Assembly: GCF_006345805.1 (NCBI RefSeq)
Contig: NC_043011.1
Span: 4,836,001 to 4,900,000 of the forward strand
DNA: 64,000 nucleotides
Direction: 5' to 3'
Source of the DNA: Octopus sinensis
Lineage: Eukaryota
Shown here piece by piece: positions 26,410 through 41,720 of this stretch. The position numbers were made by a program, and so were the translations under genes. Below the pieces are notes generated by a model. That model made no database searches. It was not told where the DNA came from and saw only the letters and a list, made by a program, of their open reading frames with translations. Within the stretch, counting starts at the first letter, position 1. Every line of letters starts with the position of its first letter.

Positions 26410-27070
26410 TCTACAAACGTTATATTTGTTAGTGCAGATGATAGAGATAGCATAGGTTGTCTACAATTGAAATTGGTCAGCTACACAGATCACAAATATG
26501 TGATACGCTCAGTCGATTTAGATTGGACCCGTAGACAGGGACCCGGTTACTGGAAGTTGAATGCGACCTTACCGGCTCGCAAAGACTACAGGGACCGGAT
26601 TAGCGAACTAGTCAACAACCGGTAGTGGATCGCTCTGAAGAGAGCGATTAGAATAGAATCGATAGCGTCTAGCAACGATTTAGAAATAGGAAGAAATAGA
26701 TTAGAGGGAGAACTAGTTAGCAGACTAGAAGAGGCTATTAGTAAAAGGGTCGAACCGACGTGTTAGCGGCGAGAATGGTCCTTCACCATTTCTTTGAGGC
26801 GAAGTAGGAAGGGTGCGTTGTCAGAGATAAGGCCCTTCGCTAAAACACAAAGGAACTATAGCCGTCCGATGGGCCCGAACGGTAAAGACGCGATGTGGAA
26901 ACAAAACCACAATGAAGTCTTTGACAGATTTGGACGGACGTGAATTACTCGGTTCTGAGCAGATGTGCGCGGTTTTCCAGCAGCACTTTGAGCGAATGTT
27001 TGGGGAGCGTGATGGATCGATGATGGTAGCGAACTCTACTTCGTAACTAGACGGCCTACCACGGCTCTCT
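26410..27070 (+). pseudogene. Tx1/L1-clade LINE ORF2 fragment (end of APE endonuclease plus linker)
   Basis: YTDHKYVIRSVDLDWTRRQGPGYWKLNATL..W.ALKRAIR matches the SDH...GPGYWKLN..LL...W..LK motifs; contains stops. Confidence 0.85.
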
Positions 27071-27235
27071 GTGAAGAACGCGAGATTCTGATTTTATCTT
27101 GTATTTTATTTTGTATTTTTATTTGTATCGTTTTTACGTCCTGTTTGTGTTACATTTTTTTCTTTCTTTGTTTTTACCCCTCTGCGAAGTAATTTTATTT
27201 TAATTCTCTCGCAGGAAGGGCTATTTTTTACGAGT

Positions 27236-27295
27236 CGTGTTCTGTCTTACCTTCGAAACACGCTAGAGTTGAACTAGAGACAGCTGATGAAGGGG
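27236..27295 (+). ncRNA. Non-circularly permuted hammerhead ribozyme candidate, copy 4 (third sequence family)
   Basis: CGTGT-T-CTGTCT-ta-CCTTC-GAAA-CACG..AGACAG-CTGATGA-A-GGGG; perfect stems III (5 bp) and I (6 bp); carrier element ~27090-27490. Confidence 0.75.
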
Positions 27296-28715
27296 ATTTT
27301 TCCATGTGTAGTTTGTCTTGTACTCTGTTTTTCTGTTGTAAAAAAATGGTTTGTTCCATGCTTGTGTTTCCGTTTTCGTTTCTCGTTGAGTTCTACGTCT
27401 AGTTGTGGTGTCCTGTACTCACGTATATATATTTATATATGCATGTATATATACATGTAGATGTAGGTACGTACATATATGTTTGTATGTATGCATATAT
27501 TTTATTTATTACACTATATATATTTATATATATATTAGGGTTCCGTCAGAATGGAAAGCGTATGATCTTTGACTATTTCTATTTTCATGGCCACTGAAGG
27601 TCGATGGGAGATTGAGAAAAAGGTATTCACAGACCGTACATCTAACCCAAAACGCATAATGTACTATATTATAAGTTCACCAAGTACTAAAACTAACAGA
27701 TGGTGCTTTCAAACTGGCCGACTGATTGAGACATGCTACTCAAGAACTCAGCCAGAAAACAGCCTGAGCAGATATCTGTCAGTCTGCCGCCCTGGATTGG
27801 TGATTGCTTTATCCGAACCCGAAAAAATTAAAGGGAAAGTTGGGCCTAGCTAGATTTGAACTTTGAGCATTATGATCCCAAACAAACACATTTACGATAC
27901 ATGCATACATCCATCCCTCACTCTAGCTATACGGCCACACTCATATGAGTGTGTATATGTGAGCGTATATGCGTGTGTGTAATGAAAAATGATTAGAACA
28001 AAAAGTGCTTTGTTTCATTCTAAAATACATCAGAGACACAAATATACACACACGCTTACACGCGCGTAAACATACATACGCACACATACACACATGTACA
28101 CACATATGCGCACACAAACGTATACAGATTGCGCACATATAAACAGTCATATGTCGTAGTTCTTTAGTTCTCGCTATGCGTACATTCATACACACAGATC
28201 ATATATATATATATATATATATGTGAAAGCGACACATTCTTTAAAAAGGATAACCATCCTTTAAAAGCACAAGGTTCGAATGACTCACTCTGTTTCCCTT
28301 AATTATGTTACACACATGCCTTCTATTAACTCCTTCCATTTAGTTACTGACCTCACATAGATTTTCACGGTAAGTTCTTGTTCATTCATATTATAGACGT
28401 GCTTATATGTGTGCCTCTACATATATGTATGTGTGTCTGTATACGCACACACGTACATACGTATGTTTTTGTATGTATGTATGTATGATGTATGTATGTA
28501 TGTATGTATGTATGTATATATGTATTTATGTATGTATGTATATATGTATGTATGTATACATGTACACTCTGTCAAGGTTTTATCGTGTCATATCGACCTC
28601 AGTAGTTATATTTTAGATAAGACACCAGGTGTACGCTGGTAAACGTAGATACAAGTAGATACACTCATACCAAACTACTTCCACAGATGCATGCTTACAT
28701 ACATGTATACATATA

Positions 28716-29375
28716 CTAGCAGTATCGCCCGGCGTTGCTCGGGTTTGTAAGGGAAATAACTATATAAGCATTTTTAGAGAGTTATAGCCAAAAAATAGCA
28801 AAAAATGCATTAAAAATGGAAAAAATATGATGGTAAATTTTTTTTTAAATCGTTGACTCATCGTAGACATTTTTAGAGAGTTACTTCCCTTAATAATAGC
28901 GAAAAAATGCATTAAAAATGGAAAAAAAAAACGATGGTAAATTTTTTTTTAAATCGTAGACTCATGTAGACGCTTTCTTAGCCATTTCTGTTTTGGTGTC
29001 TTCAAGCCATGAAGTCGTTGTTCTAAAAGAACACTGGTCTCCTTGAAAACGCATTACGACGTTGATTTCCTTACACTCCTTCCCCACAGGTGCAGGTGTG
29101 AGCGTGGACGCCAAACTCCGCCGCCATCGACACACGAAAAATTATGCATTAAAAATGGAATAAAAATGATGTTAAATTATTTTTAAAATCGTAGACTCAT
29201 CGTAGACTCATCGTAGACGCGCGCTAATATTCAGACGGGCTCGATATGAATCACGACTATAAGCTACCCGAATTTGGTTAAACTGCACCGCAAAATGGGA
29301 AGTGTGGGAGTTAGTAGTTAGGAATCTAAATCGAAGGGGCAGACACTCACACAACTACAGTTTTATATATATAGA
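28716..29375 (-). mobile_element. Non-autonomous Helitron
   Basis: Minus strand starts TCtatatatataaaac and ends hairpin cccgagcaacgccggg...CTAG; inserted between A and T with no TSD; internal tandem subrepeats. Confidence 0.85.
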
Positions 29376-29384
29376 TATACATAG

Positions 29385-29730
29385 CGCAGTAGTGGTGAGA
29401 TGTGACAGCAAAGAAAAGCATACATTCACTCTCTGCATGCAATTAGACTCGGAAAGTTCGTGAGGAACCCATTGACCCAATTTGCTGACTTTTCCGATAG
29501 CACAGGTCTCAATGAATGGTTGAATGACCAAATCCAAGCTTCTCTGCTAGTTCCTCAACAGTTACGATGAGATTTTGTTCCACCAGGGTTTTCAGGATGT
29601 CCTTGTCGAGTTCTACAGATCTTTCAGGATGAGGCTCGTCTTCTAGGCTGTAGTTATGGCTCGGGATTTCTGGAACCACCATTGACACTGCCTTACGCTT
29701 ATGTCCAATCCCCATATACTGCATTAATAT
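29385..29730 (-). pseudogene. mariner transposase N-terminal fragment
   Basis: SLEDEPHPERSVE..LKTLVEQN..TVEELAEKLGFGHSTIH and KLGQWVPHELS (WVPHEL motif). Confidence 0.9.
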
Positions 29731-30306
29731 TTCTTGTACTTTGCACACATTATATTCTGTTATTCTTTTATATGTTTCAGCCTTGAGGTTATGGCCATGC
29801 TGGATCATGTGTGTGTGTGTGTGTGTGTGTGTGTCTATCTGTCTGTCTGTATGTATATATGTATATGTATGTGTGTGAACAATAATATTTTCAACAGATG
29901 TGTTGCAAATGTATCTGATTGTTCTCAAGCTTCAATACTGTGTGTGTGTGTATGTGTGTGTGTGTATATGTATGTATGTATATGTATGTATGTATGTATG
30001 TATATGTATGTATGTATGTGTGTATGTATGTATGTGTGTGTGTATGTATGTGTGTGTGTATGTATTTTTGACTTCATTCTCTTGAAGGAATCCCAAGATT
30101 CCTCCGAGTAAAATAGTGGAAAATATTTTAAAAAGAATTATTCGTGCGTTTCAGAATTCGTGTGTGTGTGTGTGTGTGTGTTTTGTATTCTTGTTCTTGT
30201 TTTTCATTCTTCTGGTATGGTTAATTTATTGTAATTATATCGAAAGTTAATTGTGCGTTTTCAGTGTGTGTATGTATGTATGTGTGTGTGTATGTATGTG
30301 TGTGTA

Positions 30307-30337
<31 letters not shown>

Positions 30338-30602
30338 ATGTATGTATGAATGTATGTTTACTTTATTACTAACACAAGTCACTACGGTAATTTAATGTAA
30401 AGTCTTCCTCAAATCACTCTCTCTCTCGCTATTTACTCTGTTCCAAGAACATTTTCACTCACTCTTAGCTCTTAGCTCCCCATACATTTTACTCATGTAT
30501 CTATCAGCGTCATAGACAGAATACTTTCAGTTTAGTCTTCCTCAAATCACTCTGTCGCTATTTACTTTCATTTTATTCGTTGCCCACGTGTGTGTGCGTT
30601 TG

Positions 30603-30831
30603 CGTGTGGTGTAAACCAGACTAAGAAAAGAAAAGCATTTGACACACCACCAGAATGTGAGTTTTCTGTAAATTTTGCTTAATTGGAGTTTAAATTTAAA
30701 AACTGGACCTGGCATGACGCGATGCATTGTACTCTTAAAAATGCCAGGTAAATTGTAATTGAAGAAATCCATATTGTAGATTTCTAAACTCCAAGGGAGG
30801 CAGATAAAATCTGCCTTTTATAATAAGAGAT
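30603..30831 (-). mobile_element. Possible short non-autonomous Helitron-like element
   Basis: Minus strand 5' TCtcttattataaaag with adjacent hairpin ggcagattttatctgcc. Confidence 0.35.
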
Positions 30832-31030
30832 ATATAGATATAGACATATATATATATGTATGTATATATATATATATATATAGGAGAGAGAGAGAGAGAG
30901 AGAAGAGAGAGAAGGAGAGACAGACATACATGCATACATACATACATACATACCATACATACATACATACATACATACATACAAATAGGCACAGGGTGTA
31001 TAAAAACGGAGGCTTAAATTGCAGCGGGCG

Positions 31031-33250
31031 TTAATCGATTGTAATGGGTGTCAGAGCTGTTTTGTTACAGGTGCCACTATAAGATATATTTTCATCCACC
31101 CCTAGATACCTGCTACATTTCTCGTCAAATACGGGGGAAACATTTAAATCATTGATGGAGATGTTACTAGTCTGGTTTATAGTTTTCCCCTTTTCACAGC
31201 CATATAACAACATTTATCCTGATCAAACTCCAACCCTACATTCTTTGAGAATGTTGTGACTAGGTGAAGGATCTTTTCCATCTCATGCATATTCTTTGCA
31301 TAAAGTTTTTAAGTCATCCACAAAGAAACAGTGTGTAATTCTGGTATTTCTGTTTCGTTGTGAACCAGTGAGATATCCTTCAGACTTGACAAGGAGTTTA
31401 CAGAAAGTATAAATAACATCACAGAGAGGCTGTCTCCTTGGAATATGCCTTTGCTGTACTCTATCGGTGAAAATACATTCACTCTTTGTGTTTAATTTCA
31501 AGATGGTGGCCCATAATGAAGTCAGATTAGCTATGGCTTTGACTATTCTCACTGGAACTTAAGCAACTTAAAGGGCTTCTAGCATCCATGAATGGGGTAC
31601 AGAGCCAAACACTGTCTTGTAGTCTAGCCACATTGAAACTAGGTTCCTCCTTAGCTCTCGCACCTCTGACATCGCAGTTTTGGTGATTAACAATTGCTTG
31701 GCACATCTCCAGACTCCCTTCTTTCCAACTGCTTGTTCTGCTGTGGTAATGTTATTGGTTTCACAATGGTCCTGGAGCAAGAGGTTTAAACATGATGTAT
31801 ATATTTTATACATTAAGTTCTGGCAAACAATTGGCCAGTAGTTTTTTGCCATGTGGGTGGTTCTGCATTTAGGGATTAATTTTGTCTTTGCCAGAGCTAA
31901 CGAGTATAGTATGCTACTGTTCCCAATAAAAGCTTGCTGGTACAGATTGATAAGATATGGTCGGTAGAATGTTAGCTTCGCGTACCAGTATCCAGCAATC
32001 AAGTCTCTTATAGGTGCTTTTCCATTCTGGAGTTGCTGGATCACAGTTGCAAACGTTTCACCATCAATGTTGTATGTCTTGGATGTAACTTTTTCGGATT
32101 TATTTCTTCCAGCCACTGAGCATCTTGGTTAAATTCTTTCTCTTCACTCAAGATTTTCCTCTTGAAGGAGTCTATGTCTTCTCGTGAAGGAGCTTCCGTG
32201 ATATTTATTGCTCCTCCTCTCATGTCTCTGTATAGTGCTGCCTGGTTGCGGCAAATATTTTGATTATTGTTTTTCTCCCGGTTATTCTCTTCTGATGTCG
32301 GAGTTTCTCACTGACAGCTTTTAGCTCCTGCTTGAAGCTAATAACTTTGCAAATGAGTGTCCCCTTTTTGCCGCCTCCAGACATCATTTCTATCTCCTTC
32401 TTTACTTTCTGTTGGTGGGACGTATAGTGATTTGCTTGTTTGCATGCAATAAGCATCATTACATGACTGATGGTCTTCCGTAAACCAGTTATCTTCTTCT
32501 GTCTTCAAAACCCATGATGTTTACTTTTTAATATCATTCATGTGCAGTTTTACAGTAGTAGCCGGAGCATATAGACAGGCGTTAATCTGCCAATATGTGT
32601 GTTCATCACACTTTTGTAAATACTCAGCACCAATTTCATTAACAGTATTTAATACCGTGTCGGGTGGGTTTTTTTTTTACTTACTTTGGTAGAAAATACT
32701 CTCTCCTCGAGAGTTATTTTTTCTCGGAAAATTTCATTGGCACATAATCCTGACTACCACCACTACTACTACAATAATTGTTGCGGTTGTGTCTGCTGTA
32801 GTTGGGGGACAGTGGTCAGTTACTTGAGCCAGTAATGTAGGTAGTTTAGCTGACAGGCATTAAAGAATCTACTGGAATGTCACTAGCTGCGAAACCACAT
32901 GGTAGTCTTATATCATTCACGTTTTCGTTTTTGTTTATAGAGTTGGGAAGAAGAAGGTTAATTTTCTATTTATTAATGAAGTTACAGTTACTAACCTTCT
33001 TTCTATGTTCTACAAATATTGCATGTTCGTGTAGTTGCTTCGCAGTAAAATCATTGAATTCTGGATGCAGATCGTCCCAATATGATTTCAATCGTTTCAT
33101 ATAGCCAACAGCGGGTTTTGTTTCGCTTTTTCGTAGCAGTTAAATAGATTATTATTCATTTCATAACTTCAAGAGAAATGAGTTTTGTAGTTACGGTTTC
33201 TTCTTATGACTACAGCTAGAAAAAAATTGTTTACCTGTTGAGCTGTTGTT
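31031..33250 (-). pseudogene. Decayed R4/Dong-like (RLE-type) non-LTR retrotransposon: N-terminus and RT domain
   Basis: GYMKRLKSYWDDLHPEF; KLIPK..KNYWPIVCQNLMYKIYTS; EQAVGKKG; WLDYKTVFGSVPHSWMLEAL; HCFFVDDLK; YLGVDE; several frameshifts. Confidence 0.88.
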
Positions 33251-34060
33251 TTCTTTCTGTTCCTCAATTGTGTTGTTGTTGATTTTGTGTTCAGCCATGT
33301 TTTTTGTAGTAACTCTCTGCATGCTAAATTCAAGTTTCAGTCGAAAATCACTACGATCGTGAAGAAACGGCTCCCTCAGTTAATTCATCTGAAGATTAAC
33401 CAGTTATTTATTAAGGCTGCTAGTTGTGGCCTTATTATTTTCGATAGTCTCCCACGCCAAATACGCGACTTATCCGTCGCGAATCTAGTTTTTTTCATTC
33501 GCAAAATATGCATTTTTTAAAAGACAGTAAAACATCTGAAAATCGGCTATAATAATGTAGCCTTCCAGTCTCATTGTTTTGAAGGTACGATGTTGTGGAG
33601 AAAAACATTGGAGAAAAAAGTTACAGAGGTTTAAAAATCGAAAAAAAACAACTATATTTTTAGCCAATAGCGAGACAGAAATTTTCTGCGTTTAGGGAAG
33701 CGGTGTCATCTTTAAGGTTGTACTCTGTGAAATTTATAGTTTAGCGTTTGTGACATGACCTGTTCATTGTGGGTTTCTAAATAAACGGAAATACCTAATA
33801 AAATCAACATGTATCATCTTACTGTTTCTTTTGTCTCTTCATTGATTGTACGGTTTTATTATTTTTTTTAATTTGTTATATTAATATATTTGTCTGCATG
33901 TGTTTACTTTATGTGCATTTCAGTATTATGTATACCTGTCATGTATTTGTGTACATCATTAATATATAAGTGTATGTGGATGTATGTATTCATATATAAG
34001 TTTATGTGTACGTTTGTGTGTGTGTGTATGTGTGTGTGTTTGTGTGTTTGTGTGTTTGTG

Positions 34061-34093
<33 letters not shown>

Positions 34094-35505
34094 GTGTGTG
34101 TGTGTGTGTGTGTTTGTGTGTGTGTCTGTAAAGGGGGCGTCTGACTCCAAAACTTCAAAGTTCAGTAACGTTTTCATGTTTGGATTTGTAAACTACGATA
34201 AGAATAACACTGGTCAACAAAGAATTTGTCTCTAGGAAAAGAATACCTGTATCTGACATGTTTTTGCATACAGAAATAAAAAATAATGTCAAATTATCTG
34301 TATTATCCACAGTTTCTCTGTTCCACGATATCCCTCTCAGTTCCTGTTACATGGACTAAATTGCAGTTAAGCTTTTGAATGTGAAGCCAACGGTTTAAGA
34401 AATACTCCTAATTGAAATTTTTATGAACAGAATTAACCTAATGAAATCCTAAATCCAGCTATCTGAGCGAATGTGTCCCCAAAATATATGAAATAAAAAA
34501 TATGTAAGAATACTAGCACAAAGAAAAAAACACAGAAAAATACTAACACATAGAAGCACAAATTGTCGCTTCGAATGATGTATGTATGTATTTATGTATG
34601 TATGCATGAATGCATGCATGTATGTATGAATTACGTATGTATGCATATAAGCATGTATACATACATACTTGTATATATGTATACATGCATACCTGTAAAT
34701 ATGTATGTATGTATATATGTATGTATGTACCTACGTATGTATGCATGTATGTATGAAAGCATGTATGTATGTATGTATGCATGCATGTATGTATGCATGT
34801 ATGTATGTAGTGAATATATCGTGGACTCGTGGCTTATCCTGTCGTCTACGATTCTGCAGTTCTTGGTAAACAAACTGAATAGATCATTTGTTTATAGTAA
34901 TCAAATGTTTGTTTTGCACATTAAATCAACTTTGCTTGTACAGTAATTATATACAGTTTATGAAATGTTTATACTTGTATATAATTAGTGAATATTCTTA
35001 AACATATTTTTTACAATCCTACGAATAATTTTATGATTTTGTTTTAAAATTCCAAGTCCCTACATATTCTCTAATGAAGGAAATGTGGATTCCTGAAGTT
35101 CAAAAGGTTTTACCTACACACTTCTATGCGCATTCCCAGAAACGGCCGTAAGACTCTATTTTTTGGATTCATTTGAGGACTTCCTTTTGGATTATTGTAA
35201 ACTGTCATCTCATCAGCTTAGACTTCTTAATATATCTGTATGCATTTATGCACTTACTTATCCGACTTTGATTTGGGTACGGAATTACACTATTATATGT
35301 ATATATATGTTTTTGTATATGCTATGTGTTCGCTTGCTTATAATGGCTTATATATGCCCTCTGTGTTTAGATATGTGTCAGCTTTGAAAAGGAGTATTAT
35401 TGACGTTGGAAGTTGTCTCTTTCAAGTTAATACTTTAATACATATACATATACATACATGCATATATATATATATAATACATACATATATATATATATAT
35501 GTATA

Positions 35506-35563
<58 letters not shown>

Positions 35564-35596
35564 ATATATATATAGAGAGAGAGAGAGAGGAGAGAG

Positions 35597-35666
<70 letters not shown>

Positions 35667-36984
35667 GTAGATAGATATACATACATAAATATACATATAT
35701 AAACACACACAAACACATATACATAAATGTATATATATATTTCCTATATGTGTGCATGTATGCATATAAACACACAGACATATACTCGTATTATATATAT
35801 GTATATAAATATAAATAAATATATATATATATATATAATATATATATATATATAAGATATACATTCGAATGCATAAATATAAATTTATATACGATACACA
35901 TATTCTAACTAACACATGCACATAGACACACTAAACGTGAAATAGAAAACTTTTCGAATATTTTAAAATGTATCTGTGAATTCCATTTTATGTGGATATT
36001 CTTTAAATTGGCTTTTGGCCGACTGATTAGAGTCTGAGAATGCCCCTCGACAATGTTGCTATCTACTTTGGAACCTGGTTATAGTAAATAGCCCCCATTG
36101 TTCCTACTTCAAAGACCAACGAAACACGAGAACACAGATTGGTTGTAAGAGCAGTAAAACTTTTGGATCTCCATCGGTTTCGACTATTGTTTATTCGACT
36201 GAACTTCCTGCTCTCTGCTCATTGATTTTTACTGTAAGTGGCCGAGTATCTCACAAACACCTGTATATTTAACGACTTCATTTTTCAACAGAATCGGTGT
36301 AACAAAATGTGTGGCAACTCTGACCCTTTCGGTTAGAAATTCAGTTCAGCTATGAGGCTTCTACGTAGTTTTTGTTGACCTAAACTCGCACACAGGGTAT
36401 AAATCAACTATAGCAATGGTAAAAGTAATTTTCCCGAAATGCAGCGGAATCGAACGAGAGATGTCATGGTTATGAAGTGAGATTATTAACTCGGGTTTAC
36501 ATCATTTTCAATCACGTCCACACCCATAAATATATACGCGCGCGCGCACACTCACACACACATATTGCACATAGACACACGTATGTATGTATGTATGTAT
36601 GTATGTATGTATGTATGTATGTATGTATGTATGTATGTATAAGATATAAGAATTAAATTCAAATAAACAGGCGGAACCCACCGTAAACACTCCTAACATG
36701 GGCCCACCTATTAGGTCACATATTTAATTAAACTCCAGCGTAATTAACGTAATTAACTAGACCACGCAACTGAAAATCCAGGATACACTCATGTTTCCCT
36801 TGTGGCGTATATAATGGGCATACACACATACATACATACATAAATACATACATACATACATAAATACATACATGCATACATGCATGCATGCATACATACA
36901 TACATACATACATACATAAATACATACATGCATACATGCATGCATACATACATACATACATACATACATACATACATACATACA

Positions 36985-37501
36985 GTGTAAAAGAGAATAC
37001 ATACGCTGAACTATTGAGAAATTTGCAGTTACTCTATCCAAATTACAAGTTCAGGTTTATACCTGTAACTATCGGGGCTCTGGGATATGTAACACACTGC
37101 ATAAATGCCAATCTTGAGAAATTAGGGCCCTCAAATTCAGAGAGGAGAAAGCTAATTCGAAGATTTCAAATCCAGTCCATCACTGGAACTGTGGAAATCT
37201 GTAAAACTCTCCAGAAGTTTATCATTTAAATATGTCTAGATATGCATGCATGAAACAAAACATACAAATCTGCACATATACATACATACAGGCGCGGGAG
37301 TGGCTGTGTGGTAAGTAGCTTGCTAACCAACCACATGGTTCCGGGTTCAGTCCCACTGCGTGGCATCTTGGGCAAGTGTCTTCTGCTATAGCCCCGGGCC
37401 GACCAATGCCTTGTGAGTGGATTTGGTAGACGGAAACTGAAAGAAGCCTGTCGTATATATGTATATATATATTATAATATATAGATGTGTGGTGTGTGTG
37501 G

Positions 37502-37533
<32 letters not shown>

Positions 37534-37856
37534 TTGTGTGTCTGTGTTTGTCCCCCTAGCATTGCTTAACGACCGATGCTAGGTGTTTACGTCCCCGTCA
37601 CTTAGCGGTTCGGCAAAAGAGACCGATAGAATGAGTACTGGGCTTACAAAGAATAAGTCCCGGGGTCGATTTGCTCGACTAAAGGCGGTGCTCCAGCATG
37701 GCCATAGTCAAATGACTGAAACAAGTAAAAGAGTAAAAGAGTAAAGAGTATACAAACAAAAATACCCTGCTGTAGATGTTGAAATTCTTGGATCTAGGCT
37801 AGAAATCGACTGTTTCTGTATTGGCAAGAAATTTTGAAATAAAACTGAATAATGCC
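36985..37856 (+). mobile_element. 5'-truncated R4/Dong-like LINE 3' end (RLE C-terminus plus 3' UTR), interrupted by a family-A SINE
   Basis: KENTYAELLRNLQLLYPNYKFRFIPVTIGALG..IQSITGTVEICKT; UTR ends attggcaagaaattttgaaataaaactga. Confidence 0.82.
37290..37750 (+). mobile_element. Family-A SINE, full length, young
   Basis: Near-consensus sequence. Confidence 0.93.
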
Positions 37857-38574
37857 ATACATATATACACGCATACGTATGTACATACGTACATACATAC
37901 GTACGTACGTACACACAGAGACACAGACGCAGGCATACACACACACACACACACACACAATTAGCTCGATCCTTCTGATATCCGTTGTGGACAGAAGTTA
38001 GGGATACTTTCATTAATAAATGATGTTGATAAAGATTTCAGGAAACTCAAAACTCTTCACAAAAAATGCCATTTTCTCAGCCGCAAAGATATATAAAACC
38101 GTTTTTTTTTTCACCTTTGGACACTCATAATTAGCAAAATGTCACATAGATCACTTAAATCTTTTTTTATTAATAGAGTAATATAATCTATGGTATAATT
38201 ATTTTGTTTAGGTTTCTAAGCGAATGTGATACAATATGTTTATAAAAAAAAAGATATAATTTACATTGCAAACATTTTGAAACCGTAGTACACTCTGAAT
38301 GAATTAACGAATCTATATAATCAGTACAGCTTACTGTGATGTGTATTAAATTGATCACTTTAGCCGAAACATTTTTTTCTTTACGATGTAAATAGTAAAA
38401 AAAACAAAAAACTAATTTCTCTCTGTATAGAGTAAATGGGTAATTTTCTATGATGAAAAGACTATTCCAATCTTTTTTGCCCGAGAAAAAATAAAACCAT
38501 TGGTGCAACCGTTTTACTTTCACAGATAAGCTAAAATTGTATGCTTATCGGTTAATCTAAATTGGAATATCTTA

Positions 38575-38633
38575 TATACCTACATATACATTCATACAAG
38601 CATACATACATGCATACATACGTACATACATAC

Positions 38634-38664
<31 letters not shown>

Positions 38665-38777
38665 CATACATACATACATACATACATACATACGTACGTA
38701 CGTACATACATACATACATATATACATACGTACGTACATACATACATACATACATACATGCGTATGTACATACATAC

Positions 38778-38808
<31 letters not shown>

Positions 38809-38966
38809 CATACATACATACATACATACATACATACTTACATACATACATACATACATACATACGTACATACATTAATACATCAATACATACATACATA
38901 CATACATACATACATACATACATACATACGTACGTACATACATACATACATACATACATACATACA

Positions 38967-38999
<33 letters not shown>

Positions 39000-39005
39000 G
39001 CATAC
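38575..39005. repeat. (CATA)n tetranucleotide array
   Basis: Directly visible; similar arrays at ~36830-36980, ~40940-41030 and ~41480-41655. Confidence 0.95.
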
Positions 39006-39555
39006 ATGTGTGTTTGTGTGCCCTATTTTTTAAAGCCTAGTACTTATTCTATCAGTCTCTTTAGCCGAACCACTATGATACGGGGACATAAACACGTCAA
39101 CACCCGTTGTCAAGCCGTGATGTGGCGGGGTGGGGTGGGGTGGGGGAACATAGAGAGAAAGACACATGCACACACATAAATAAATATATTATTGAGCAAA
39201 AAAAGAGAACGATTAATATTTTTTTTAATTTTGGAAAAAACTAGTAAACGTACAAATTCGCAATTGGTTTCATAAATACGGTTAACCATCAGCTAAATTC
39301 TGGGAAAAAAATCTAAGGTTGTACAATTGTCTGAATAAAATTTAATAACACTAATACTAGTTTCGTCCAAATGTCTCATGTGAAAAATACGAGAACGATC
39401 AAACTAAAAATGCTTCAATGAAATCAAAGCCATAAAAATGATTGAAAGAAATGTAAATATGAACTTAATACAGTTAGTACGATGTTTGTAGACCTTTGTT
39501 GGAGATCCCCTTTGCACATCAATTACCACAGGACATTACACGTTCCCTGTATATA

Positions 39556-39620
<65 letters not shown>

Positions 39621-40084
39621 ATATATATGTATGTGTATGTATGTATGTATGTATGTATGTATGTATGTATGTATGTATGTATATGTGTACACACACACAC
39701 ACATAAAAATAAATTGATAGATACAACTGAGTGGGCAAACAAAAATGAGACAATGCCTAGTGGGTTTTTTTTATTTTGATAAGCCTGGTACTTATTCTAT
39801 CAGTTTCTTCTTGTGACACCAGTAAGTTATGGGAATGTTAATAAACGAACACTAGTTGTGAAGCAGTGATGATGGAGAAACACAGAGACACACACATAGA
39901 CTTACATATATACATACTTATATATACAATTGATTTCTTTCAGTTTCTGTCTACAAAATCCACTGACAAGGCTTTGGTTGGTCTGAGGCTATAGAAGAAG
40001 ACACATGCCAAGTTATCACACAATGGGACTGAAATGAGGACCATGTGTTTCGGAACCAAGTTTCTTGTATAAGTCATTCGTGTT

Positions 40085-40765
40085 TCAATATCTCCCATAA
40101 ATTCGTCGTAGAAGTTGGTGCCCTTTGTGTTACTTTGTCTCCAAGTATTTTCCAAAGGTTTCCAATTGGATTTAAGTCTGAACTTTGTGCTTGCCACTTC
40201 ATTACTTGGATACTTTGTTCACCGAAGAATCCAGTGACACGCTTTGCAGTATGACAAGGGGCGTTAACTTGCAGGAAAACGCACAGTTGAAATCATTCCC
40301 CACACCATGACGCTTCCTCCTCCAAACATGGCAGATTTCTTCAAGCATTTGGATTTTAGCCGATCTCCTGTGAAACGCCTAACATAACTGTCTACCATCT
40401 GAACCTACTAAACTGAATTTGTTTTCATTGCTAAAAATCAACTTTAGACCAATTTTCATCCTTCCAGTTCACATGGGCTTCTGAAAATGAAAGTCTTTGC
40501 AATTTGTTCTTCTTGCTGATGGTAAGTTTCATTGCCGGGGAAAAGCCTTTCATCTAAATTCCTTCTGACGACGAGACACTGTAAAGCGGCTAACTTCCGT
40601 ACCACTATTTACTTTTATTTTCTTAGATATTCCAGCTGCAGTCTCAAATGGACCCTTCAATAGGTACCGTTTCATGGCTTGATCATCTCGCATTGTGGTT
40701 TTACGTGGTCTACCAGTTGCCTTTTTCAGTTGTAAACCTTTGGTTTCTTCATAGAGCTTAAGAAC
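40085..40765 (-). pseudogene. Second Tc1-family transposase remnant, between family-A SINE pieces
   Basis: TGRPRKTT, WSKVDFSNENKF, KKSAMFGGGSVMVWG, QSSDLNPIGNLW; possible TIR near 39724. Confidence 0.85.
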
Positions 40766-41039
40766 ATATAGTAGAAGACATTTGCCCAAGGTGTCACGCA
40801 GTGGGACTGAACCCACAACCATGTAGTTGAGAAGCAAGCTCTTTACCACATAGCTACGCCTATGTATATATGTATACACACACACACTCACCTATATTTA
40901 TACATGCATACACACATACACATATACACACATACACATATACATACATACATACATACATACATACATACATACATACATACATACATACATACATACA
41001 TACATACATACATACATACATACATACATGCATGCATAC

Positions 41040-41720
41040 CTAGTAAGCAAAATGTAAGCATAACAGACCTGATAGACATGAGAAAATGTGTAGTTGTGGA
41101 AATTAGCTGCCCAGCGGTTGTTAGCATAAAGTTGAAGATCAGTGAAAAAAAGAATACCTACGCTGAACTATTGAGAAATCGCAATTTCTCTACCCAGATT
41201 ATAAGTGCAAGTTTATACCTGTAATTATTGGGGCCCCGGGATATGTAACACACTATCTAAATACCAATCTTGAAAAATTAGGCTTCTCTAAACCAGAAAG
41301 GATAACGCTAATTCAAAGACTACAGATCCAATCCATCACTGGAACCGTAAAAATCTGTAAAACTTTCCAAAGGTTTAACATTTTTAATATATATGAGCAT
41401 GTCTAGATATGCAACTATATGCATGAGAATACATACATATAAAAGAATATACAAATCTGAACATATACGTACATACATGCGTACATACATACATACATAC
41501 ATACATACAAACATACATACATACATACATACATACATACATACATACATACATACATACATACATACATACATACATACATACATACATACATACATAC
41601 ATACATACATACGTACATACATACATACATACATACATACATACATACATACATACACTGTTGTTGAGACTTGCATCTCTTTTTCTATTGGCAAGAAATC
41701 TAGAAATAAAACTGATTACA
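41040..41720 (+). mobile_element. 5'-truncated R4/Dong-like LINE 3' end with RLE motif
   Basis: KCKHNRPD..VVEISCPA..KISEKKNTYAELLRN (PD-(D/E)xK-type RLE); same UTR terminus as the 36985 copy. Confidence 0.85.

Noticed and set aside
28755-29225. Repeat-spacer-like units (aaaaatgcattaaaaatggaa...gactcatcgtagac)
   Set aside because: Internal tandem subrepeats of the Helitron; not CRISPR-like and no cas genes
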